64,000 nucleotides of DNA, taken from the NCBI GenBank assembly GCA_951406725.2, contig OX597816.1, positions 164,548,001-164,612,000 on the forward strand. Direction: 5' to 3'. Made by a program: the position numbers and the translations under genes. The notes under the pieces are model-generated. The model saw only the letters and a program-made list of their open reading frames with translations. It had not been told where the DNA came from and did not search any database. Shown one piece after another: positions 53,039 to 64,000 of the stretch. Positions within the stretch are counted from its first letter, which is position 1. Each line of letters starts with the position of its first letter. The DNA is from Octopus vulgaris (lineage: Eukaryota).

Positions 53039-54840
53039 TACAACAGTGTCAGATAAATTCGTTCGTTTCTTTCCAATGTAATTTAAATCATCACGAAAAA
53101 TATTTTTATGGCAGTGTCTCATAATTCTTTGTAGCTCTATTCTTTCTTCACAACTTTCGTTTATCGTTTTTGAAACTGGAATTGATTTTACCGCTTTTCC
53201 AGACACACGACAAATGGAGTGTCAAAATGAGCATCCTTGACAGCTTCGCTTTCAATCATGGTTCCAAAACTGCCAAAGTCGCTAAAGACATTTGTGTTGC
53301 ATACAGAGAAGGCGCTATTACCAACGGAACTCTACAGAAATGGTTTCCATACTTCAAGGCGGGGAAATTCAACCTCACAGACTCTTCGCATTCTGGCCAA
53401 TTTGTTTCAGTCCAATGAGGATCAATTGAACAAACTTCTTCTTGAGGGTCTGCGCCAATCCACCAGGGCATTGCACCAGCAGATGGGAAGCGCTCATGAT
53501 ACCTATTTCTTTACTACCCACAAGGGGCTAAATACAGAAGGGATAAACAAGGACAGACAAACGGATTAAGTCGATTACATCGACCCCAGTGCATAACTGG
53601 TACTTAATTTCTCGACCCCGAAAGGATGAAAGGCAAAGTCGACCTCGGCGGAATTTGAACTCAGAACGTAACGGCAGACGAAATACGGCTACGTATTTCG
53701 CCCAGCATGTTAACGTTTCTTATTTCTTTATTGCCCACAAGGGGCTAAATACAGAGGGTACGAACAAGGACAGACAAATGGGTTGAGTCGATTATATCGA
53801 CCCCAGTGCGTAACTGGTGCTTATTTAATCGACCCCGAAAGGATGAAAGGCAAAGTCTACCTCGGCGGAATTTGAACTCAGAACGTAACGGCAGACGAAA
53901 TACGGCTACGTATTTCGCCCAGCATGTTAACGTTTCTTATTTCTTTATTGCCCACAAGGGGCTAAATATAGAGGGTACGAACAAGGACAGACAAATGGGT
54001 TGAGTCGATTATATCGACCCCAGTGCGTAACTGGTGCTTATTTAATCGACCCCGAAAGGATGAAAGGCAAAGTCTACTTCGGCGGAATTTGAACTCAGAA
54101 CCTAACGGCTGACGAAATACGGCTACGCATTTCGCCCGGCGTGCTAACGTTTCTGCCAGCTCGTCGCCTGTCACCTTCGTTTGATAGGTAATGCCCACAC
54201 TCTCTGAACGAAAGAGTCAAACTCCATTGCTCCTCTTTCGCTGCCAGTTTGCTCGGCCGACACCAGACTACTCGTAGACACAAACAGATTGCTTTAGTGC
54301 ATCGACATCAACGATGAAAGACAGTACCTTTGTGTCATATGAAGCAGATGGAAGAATAGATGAGTCCCGACCAGCAAGCAACACATCATACCAGAGATGC
54401 ATTCACGCAAGGCAATGATCTGCGTAAGATGGGACTGGGAAGGGCTAATCAACTACGAAATGCTTGAAGAATAACCACAGTCAATGCAGAGGTCTACAAT
54501 CATTAAATGCATCGGCTCATCGAAGCAGTCTAGCTGAAACGACCCGATTGGCGACGCGGCGTGCGTCTTCATCGCTCTTGACGTTTCGAATTTGTCTAAA
54601 AAAGCTATTCAAGAGCTTGGTTGCGAAGTTCTACCGCACCCACTGCATTCTTCTGATGCAGCACTTCCAAATTATTACCTTTCTCGATCGACATTCAACA
54701 GTTTGCAAGGCGTTTCGTTTAACAACAACAGTGGGGCTGAAAATGCGACTCAATGAATTCTCCGATTGTACCATCATGGCATTGGCAAACTTGTGAAAAT
54801 ATTTGGTAAAAAATTAACGAATAAAGCCGACAACCCGATA
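53039..54840 (+). pseudogene. Mariner fossil split by a SINE N array
   Basis: HTH region ...ICVAYREGAITNGTLQKWFPYFKAGKFNLTD..HSG, degenerate HP..S.D.A..Y motif near 54640, imperfect TIRs with TA at both ends. Confidence 0.8.
53500..54167 (-). mobile_element. SINE family N tandem array, about 3 units with a 217-bp period
   Basis: Near-identical blocks at 53589, 53806 and 54023. Confidence 0.85.
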
Positions 54841-55264
54841 CACACACATCATCATCATCATTTTATGCCCACTTTCCACGTTGGCATGGATTGGAAATTT
54901 TGATACAAAGGACATAACTTTGTTCCAGTATCTGCTTTGGGATGGTTTCAATGGTTGGATGCCCTTCCAAATATCCACCACTTTACAGAGTGTACTGGAT
55001 GCTTTTTCATGGCACCAGTACTGATGAAGTCATCTTGAATGAGTAAAGAGCCTCCTTGGCTAAGGAGGCTTGCATTGAGAGAGACGGAGAGGAAGAGGAG
55101 GGAGAGAGGGTTAGCTTTATGCAAGCTGTTAAGAAATTAAAGTGTGACAGGAGATACAGGAACAAGTATGCACACACACACACACACATGCAAATATAGA
55201 TACATACACACATGCACATTTATAGATACATACATTCACACACACATAAATAAAGCAGCAGGTA

Positions 55265-55660
55265 TAGGCGCAGAAGTGACTGTGTGGTAAGTAGCTTGCT
55301 TACCAACCACATGGTTGCGGGTTCATTCTCACTGCGTGACACCTTGGGCAAGTGTCTTCTATTATAGCCTTGGGCCGACCAAAGCCTTGTGAGTGGATTT
55401 GGTAGACGGAAACTGAAAGAAGCCCGTCGTATATATGTATATATATATATACATATATGCGTGTGTATATGTTTGTCCCACCCAACATTGCTTGACAACC
55501 GATGGTGGTGTGTTTACATCTCCGTAACTTAGCGGTTCGGCAAAAGAGACCGATAGAATAAGTACTAGGCTTACAAAGAATAAGTCCTGGGGTCGATTTA
55601 CTCGACTGAAGGCAGCACTCCAGCATGGCCGCTGTCAAATGACTGAAACAAGTATAAGAG
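55265..55660 (+). mobile_element. SINE family A
   Basis: Full-length copy. Confidence 0.83.
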
Positions 55661-58600
55661 GTATTGATCTACATCTACAGTAACAACCACAGTCTAATCG
55701 ACTAATTGTAATTAGTCAATTAGCAATAATAAAGTAGTAAACTAGCAGTCATTAGAGCATTGGATAGAATAGCAATCTCTGTACTCAGGGATCAAATTCC
55801 ACCAAGATTAACTTAGCATCATTTAAAGATTGATAAACACTGAACCAATTGAGAGAATGGATAAGCAGAAGTGTCTTTTACAAGATTTTTTCCAGCCCCA
55901 GAGCAATGTCTATGACAACACTGGCACTGAACTGACCTTTCTCTTGGATAAACATCAGTGATGTGAGAATGGGCACAGTGACATTTTCATACATGGGTAA
56001 CTGTCAGTCTTCCATGAAAGGAAATTTGCCTCCTGGCCAGTGAGAATGTTTTTCTTTCCTTCTCAAGCCATGCCTGGCTCATAAGGACCAGTTTCCTGGT
56101 TTCATTGGCCTATAGGTTTCCCACCTGGACAGGATGCTGGTCCATCACAGGTGAGCTACTAGATGCAGGAGGAAAGAGTTAGAGAAAGTTGTGGCGAAAG
56201 AGTCAGCAGAAGTTCGCCATCACCTTCTGCTGGAGCCACGTGGGGCTTAGGTGTTTCGCTCATAAACACACACATCGCCCAGTCTGAGATTTGAAACTGT
56301 AATCCCTTGATTGCGAGTCCGCTGCTCTAACCACTAGGCCATGTGCCTCCACAGGCCTGTGCAAATGTAAATACATAACAAGTGCTGGCCAATGGAGAGC
56401 ACCCTCAAGACCCCTTCCCTCCACCTACTGCATTCCCTTCCCACTTGTGTGAACTTTCCTGTCCTCTCACCTTATCCTACTCTTTGTATCACTTCATTTA
56501 TAACCCCTACTTGTAACTTGAGGTGATACCCTGACACATCTTCTTCACCATCTTCTCTCAGGCTCTCTCCTCTCCTTTTCCACTGGGGTACCCATGTATC
56601 TCCCTCTACTGCAAGAAACTGGTTTCTGTCCCTCTGCCATCAGCTGGCACAAAACTACCTCCCTCAATACTGCAACACTGTTTAACTGAAGGGCCTTGTG
56701 AGTTATTTGGTGATCTCTGTGGTGCTGGTACCACATAGAAAGCACCCAGTACTTTCTGTTGAGTGGCTGGTGTTAGAAATAGCATCCAGCCATAGGAACC
56801 ATCTCAAAGCAGACAGCTGAGCTTAGTGCAGTCTTCTGGCTAACCATCCAATCCATACCAGCATGGAAAATGGATGTTAAATGATGATAATAATGAAGAA
56901 TTCTACAAGTCCAGTTGCTTAGGGGAGAATCAAATGTTTTCAAGCTTTTCTTTTAAGCTGAAACTGAAGAACTGAAAAATGTTGTTAAGTAAATTGAGTG
57001 CCTAACAATTCTTTAAAATACTCTCTTTTTACAAGAGACAAAGTAATTCTTTCTACTAATAGATAAAAGGCCTGAAATTTTGCAGAAGCGGGGGCTAGTC
57101 GACTATATCGACCCCAGTGCTTAACTGGCACTTATTGACCCTAAAAGGACGAAAGGCAAGGTTGACCATAGCAGAATTTGAACTCAGAACAAAGACACAC
57201 AAAATACTTCTAAACATTCTGCCTGGTGTGCTAACAATTCTGCCAGCTTGATACCTTAAAGACAGACAAAAAATAAGGATTATCCATGGGTTTCAATTCA
57301 CTCACACAGGAAACCATTTTCTTTCATTTCAGCAAAAAGACACAAAAAAAAATCAAAGGAAAGCAGAAAATATAAATAAATGAAGAAGCAACAGGTTAAA
57401 TCAAGAATTTTTTATTTATATATTTTTACCATTTTTTTTTATATCAATTGTTTTTATTTTTTCGCAATTCTCAAAAAAAAAAAAAAAAAAAGAAAAACAT
57501 GGCACAGATCACAGATTACTGATTCTTGTTAAACTCTCCAGATTTATAAGACGAAAAAAGAAAACTGATTTTGAAAATTAATATAATTCAAAAAAATTAA
57601 ATTACATTAAAATAAAAATCGAACCCTCTTTCAAAATGAATATTAAATTCATTATGGTCTTTTTTTTTTAATATAAACAAGATTATTTCATTATGTATGA
57701 CATTTGGAATTTTCTGTTGTTTCTGGAGATAAAAATTTGGTCCAATTGTCAAAGACAAAAAAAAAAAAAGTAAAATAATTCACTGGAGGAAATTGTCTTT
57801 TAATGAGCACCAGAAAAAGGTTAGGAATTTAGGAGAGAAAGAAGAGAAGAATTTAATTTACAACGAGGATGTGCAGGTGTGGCCTTATGGTTAAGAGGTT
57901 TGCTTTCCAATCATATGGTTTCAGTTTCTATTCTACTCTGTGGCACTTTGGGAAAGTGTCTTCTGCTAGAGCCCCTGGCCAACCTTTGAAATATTGTGAG
58001 TTGATTTGGTAGATGGAAACTGAAAGAATCCTATTTTGTGTGCGTCTCCTTGTCTTGACATTGCAAACAAATGTCACTGTCGTACAAACAGTATCATTCA
58101 CTTCCAATATTTTGTGAGAGCATGTCTGGTCACAGAGAAAATATCATCTTCCTTGGAAACTAGTGAGGGTTGGTGACAAGAACCTTATCTGGTCCTAGAA
58201 AATTTACCTCAATAAACTCTGCCAACAAATGTAAGCAAAGAAAGCAGCCATTAAAACAATGATATTCCTACATGGAAAGAACTCTTTTTATTTTTGGAAA
58301 AATGTACAAGACGTTTCTGCCATTTCCAAAAAAATGCCTCACCAACCACACGTAGTCACAAAGAATAAAAAATGGTTACTTTATAAAACCTTCCTGTTAC
58401 GGTTAGTTCCATGTCAGCCCCAATTGAGCAGATCTATGATACAAGATATTCTGTTCGTGGCCATCTTATAATTAATTTTTCAGGCATAGTGTATCTAGGA
58501 CTACATTAACAAATATATCCATCCCATTTTTATGATGGTCGGTTGTGACTTAATAGAGATTTGGTGGGTTTTTTCTAGCAGAGTGAACAATCAGATAACT

Positions 58601-59191
58601 AGGATGTTTATATCTAGTGTGAAAGAAAACTAGTGTTAGGAGTATTAATTCTAATAAAAACGGAGAATAATAAAGTTGCGGGAAACATTTGATTAAGTTG
58701 ACTCCAGTATATACCTGGTACTTCATTGTATTGACCCTGGAAGAATGAAAGGTAAAACGTGACTATGGCAGGATTTGAAGTCAGTGAGATAAACGCTGTG
58801 AGGATATTTTGTCATTCTTCAGATTCTGTTGTCTCCACCTTTCAATAAGAATAATTCTTTCTACTGTATGCACAGAGCCTGAAATTTTGAGGGGAGGGGG
58901 CTAGTGAGGGTGTTAGTTGGTTATATCAATCTCTAGTAATCAAATGGTACTTTTTCTTATCAACCTTGAAAGGATGAAAGGCAAAGTCAACCTAGGTGGA
59001 ATTTGAAATCAGAATGCAAAGATGAATGAGACACCACTAAACATTTTGTCTTGCATGCTACCGATTCCACCAGCTGAAAGCCTTAACAATAATAATGCTA
59101 GTTTTAAATATTTTAATAAGGTATGGAGGTAAATCTGTATTAGAGAGAGAAGAAATATGAATTTGCAAGCTTCATGTTTTTTTCCAAAAAT

Positions 59192-59642
59192 TTAACTCTT
59201 TTATTATATTTCTGTTGAAATGCTCTGTGTTTCTTTCAATTAATTTTAAATATAACAAAGAATTTAGTAAAATAACTTAGTTATCATTAAGCTAGTGTTA
59301 GGAACATAAATTGTGACTAAGGTTTGGTGGAAGACTTTAACTCAGAAATTTTGAAAACAAGACATTTGTACAACAGACCCAGAGGCAATTTCAGCCAGGT
59401 TGGTGTCAAAAGGGTTAAGGATTGTTTCTCTATTATATATTTTGACCCTTTTGTTACCATTATTTCTGTTGAGATGCTCTGTGTTTCTTTCTATCAATTT
59501 TAAATATGACAAAGAATTTAGTAAAATAACCTAGTTATCATTAAGCTAGTGTTAGGAACATAAATTGTGTTTGGTGGAAGATTTTAATTCAGAACTTTAG
59601 AGCCAGAGGCAATTTCAGCTGGGTTGGTATCAAAAGGGTTGA
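59192..59642. mobile_element. Two adjacent piggyBac-like MITEs (59192-59418 and 59442-59642)
   Basis: C(C/T)CTTTT...AAAAGGG ends. Copy 1 is flanked by TTAA/TTAA and copy 2 by TTGA/TTGA. Bodies are homologous. Confidence 0.7.
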
Positions 59643-60481
59643 AGAATAAAAGATATGACCTTACGACCTCAGAGAAGATGAAATGGAATAAGCTTCAAGT
59701 GAAAATTGAAACTTGACTCCTAAGAACAGATTCTACCAAACCTTGTCTTGTGCTCAAAGTAATTTCACATCCAAAATAATTTTAAATAAAAAAAAAAAAA
59801 AAAAAAGAGGAAAGGAAAAAAAAATCTGTGCCCAGCCCTTAATTTCTTCCTTCCCTGTTGTATTTGACAATGAGGAGTTGGCACCCGGCTCAGGGGTGGC
59901 ACATGAGGACAACACATTGAGGAAACAATAATAAATAAATTAACAGGACATTTCGTTTTATTCCATGCATCTTTTGTTGTTTTTAATACAATGATGATGA
60001 TGATAATGATGATGATAGCTGTACGTATGTAAGTACACATATACATTATAGATATGTGTGTGTATGTTTATATTTTTGTGATTGCTTGTGTGTGTGTGTG
60101 TGTGTGTGAATGAACTCAACATTTGAAAGACAACATTATCAAAATGGACGATGTTAAGAGACAATTTATACAATTGTTTTATTACAAGCTTGTTTGTCTG
60201 TGAGTGTGTATGTGCGTGGATTTATATACACACATGTATACTATATACAATGAATGAATAGTATTTACACAAGTGTGTGCTACTATGTGTATGCATATAT
60301 ATATATATATATAAACACACACACATATTTTATAATAGATTTTAGTTACTATTCTAATACCAAAGGTTTCCTGCTGATGAAAATCAGCAATTTTTCAACC
60401 ATAATTCAAAACAGAAATGATACTGCTATTATTAATGCTGTATGTATATTTCTGTGTATGTGTGAGTGTGTGTATATATAC

Positions 60482-60513
<32 letters not shown>

Positions 60514-63500
60514 TTACATAAATACACACACACACACACCCATATTTGTACATATATATAAATGTGTGTCTGAGTGTATATAACATATACAAACATAAGC
60601 ATTATCATACAGTTGAATTTGAAATATATATGTATGTATAATTATGTAAGCATAGTAAGAATTTATAATATGTGTGTGCGTGCATATAATTATATAAATG
60701 TGTGTGCATGCATATATGTTATATATATATAGGTGTGTGTGTAAATAATACAAGCCTCATCATGCATTTTTGTTGGATAAAGATACTAGTGTCTGTGTAA
60801 TCAGATATATAACACATACACACACACACATATATATATATATACACTGTTCTGTTTGATAAATATATAACACTCACTCGTGTGTGTATAAATATGTAAG
60901 CATACCAACAAAGTTATGAACATTTATTTTATTTACATCAATATCCAAGATTATATAATAATATAAAATATATATTGTTATATACAATGAGTGTAACATT
61001 ATATATATATTATATATAATTACAATAATATATTATTTGTATATTATGTATAATGTATATATATATATATAATGATATAGTGTGCGTGTTTGTGTTGAGG
61101 GGAGGGGAACCCAAGGAATGTGATTGTTTCAACAAGAAAAATGTTGTTTAGGGATAGTGATCTTGAATAGTATATACATATATATATATTTATATAAGAT
61201 ATATGTATGTATAAAATCTTTTCTGCTTTTAGTTCATGAGAAAATTATTTTGTACCAAAAGAAACGAATATATGAGCAGTTTTCTAGAAAAATCTAAGTT
61301 TTTAAATACATTTCATACTGGAAAATATTTCAACATGCAACTTCCTGTTCAAAATCTAACAATCAGCTTTGAAAATAATCCTAAGAGATAGACAGATATA
61401 GTGAGTAGAGATCTATCTATATGTCTATTTATCTATCAATCTATCTATCTGTATATACATACATTTATATAAGCTACATAGTAGCAAGCTAATTTCCGTA
61501 AGAGTCATTTTATTATTTCTTCTCAGATTTCACAGTTGTGTGCAGTTTCTTCTTTTAGACATTAACATGCAAATTTTTGGCCAAACCCATTATGTTTGGG
61601 TGTACACGGAAGTGAATGTTCTACAGCCCAAGCATACCACAGTACCTACATTTTATAAGGAGTTACCAAACTATATTAGATAAAAGTTTACAAATCTACC
61701 ATACGGTCTAGTTTCACTACCCAAATGTTTTTTAATAATAGTAATGGTTTCAAATTTTGACCCAAGGTCAGCAAATTTAGGGGTGGAGAAGGGGTTAGTA
61801 AATTTACATCATCCTCAGTGCTCAATTGCTACTTATTTTAACGACCCTGAAAGGACAATAAGCAAAATTAAACTTTTGGTGGGATTTGAACTCAGAGTGT
61901 AAAGAGCTGGAAGAAGTACTACAAGGCATCTTATCTGATGGGCTAACAATACTGATAGCTTGCTGCCTCAACAATAATAGCAAAAATAAGGGTTTCAAAT
62001 TTTGGCGCAAGGCCAGCAATTTTGGGGGTGGAGGTAAGTCAAGTACTTTGACCCCTGTGCTCAACTGGTACTTATTTCATTGACCTCAAAAGCATGAAAG
62101 GCTAAGTTGACCCCAACAGAATTTGAACACTGAATGCAAAGATGGACAAAATGCTGCTAAGCATTTCATCCAGTGTGGTAATGATTCTCCCAGCTCACCA
62201 CCTGTATAATTAATAAATAATTAAATATAACGATGTTCTTTGGAATTGGTAAAGTTGCACACACACACACAAAATAAAAGTCAGCAAAAAAAAAAAAAAA
62301 CACTCAAAATCTGAGCACAGAGAGAAAATTTTCAAGAACCCCCCATGTCTATAATTTCAACTACAATAATTAAACTAAATAAAGCTAATTAAGAGTAATT
62401 GTACACCAGGGGATAATGGAAAATAGCTATTATCTTTTATGGGGTGCATGGGGTGTGAGTAAGGCAGACCTCTGACAGGGAACACATGGTGCTCTTTGGA
62501 GTAGTTTGGTAGTTTGTCTGCTTTGGTCATCACCTGACACACAGTTTGTCTCCCTATGCATGTGAAGACTGGGCCCAAAAGACTGCGCAGAGGAAACCCT
62601 AGATAATCATCTTAAATCTAGAATTATTTTGAGGATGAAAATGAAGGTATGGCTGATATGAAGAAAAAACTGGGTTCAAATCTGACAGTCAATTGGGAGC
62701 AAAATTCATTTAATATTTATTTAATTTAAATTTTAAATTTCAAATTCATAAACCAAAAAAAAAAAACTGAGATGGTGATTTTCATAAAAAGCAAATTGGC
62801 AATAAAAAAAAGACCCTGAAGTGGTGTTTTTTTTAATGCTTTTTATAAAAACTGATAATTCTTTGAACTGGAAAAATGGAAATATGAATTTGGTATTTTG
62901 AAATTAAATCAAAATTTTTTTTTTAAATCAAATTTTTATCAGAAGTTAATTTAATTTGGATTTACAGTTTTTAAATTAATATTTTATCTCCTTGTAATTT
63001 AATTCAAATCTGTATTGTAATTTCACTTTAAAAAAATGACTTTTGATTTGAATTTTTATTTATTTTTTTTCTGTTGGTCATAATTTAAATTCATGAAAAT
63101 TCTCTCAATTTTATAAATTTGAAATTTCAAACAGGAAAATTAAAATACTGAGAAGAATTTTTGATCCAAACCACAAAACTGGCCAGCAGCAGCACCACCA
63201 ACACAACTAACGACACCTAGTGTCAAACAAGAGAAATAAATGCACCAGTGCACTATTACTTGTGCATCAGCTGCAAGTGGCAACAATCCTAAGCAAATAA
63301 AAATTCTGGTTTTTCATGAATCTATTCCTACAGATTCTTTTTCATGAATCTACTAATTCTTCCACAGGCACAACAAGAACTTTTAAAGGAGAGGATATTT
63401 AATTAACACCAAAAACATCACAAGACTTGTTTAAATAAACCCCAGAAGGTTAAAAATCAAAAGCTGACCTCAGTAGGACTTGAACCTAGAACCTTGAAAC

Positions 63501-64000
63501 AAAAACTTAAATCCTGGTATAAGGCATACATCTAGTCCAGATGCACCACAGTCACTACTTTGGTTTAGATACTTTCACAAGACAGACTTTAAAAGTGAGG
63601 AAGAACCATTAACAAAGTCTATGACTTTCTTCGATATACTATGGGGACAATATTATAAATGTGTGTGTGTATGTGTGTGTGATTTGAGCAAATGAAATAT
63701 AAGTTAATAGCTGCTATTTCCTTCACAGCCTTCATCGTTTGCCCTTACAACCTATCTTATGTAAAAACTAATGTCACTTAAAACTTATTGATTAAATTAC
63801 AATGTGGGGGTTAGGGGTAAGTTTTAGGATCTTGTATTGAACAACTTTCGTTTTTTTGTTTTGTGATGGAGAATGGGCAGATGAAAACATAAAAAAAAAG
63901 CACAGAAGAGGGCTCCAGGTTTACCATTAACCAGAGGATGTGGTCCCTATTAGATACTTATTTCCTATATATTTCTAGTTTAGTATGTATACATATATAA

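Overview
Eukaryotic, repeat-saturated genomic DNA. The SINE families, extreme microsatellite load and AT content point to an octopod cephalopod (Octopus-like); this is an inference. Almost all ORFs in the supplied track are microsatellite or SINE artefacts. One real protein-coding gene is clear: a two-exon MRPS34 (mitochondrial 28S ribosomal protein S34, 170 aa, minus strand, 44758-44573 + 42670-42344). The rest is layered transposable elements: several tRNA-derived SINE families, RTE, CR1-like and R4/Dong-like LINE remnants, Tc1/mariner fossils and MITEs, a Helitron, a Helentron-type HINE, piggyBac-like MITEs and a solo LTR. The most interesting signal is a dispersed set of sequence-unrelated type I hammerhead-ribozyme motifs of the Penelope-like kind. 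One is nearly canonical (30403-30473, minus strand). Two lie inside near-perfect fold-back palindromes embedded in (TA)n, so both strands carry a ribozyme. Other leads: an apparently (CATA)n-targeting R4/Dong-like LINE, a SINE trimer inside one target-site duplication (TSD), SINE head/tail module swapping, and long dsRNA-forming inverted repeats in and next to MRPS34.
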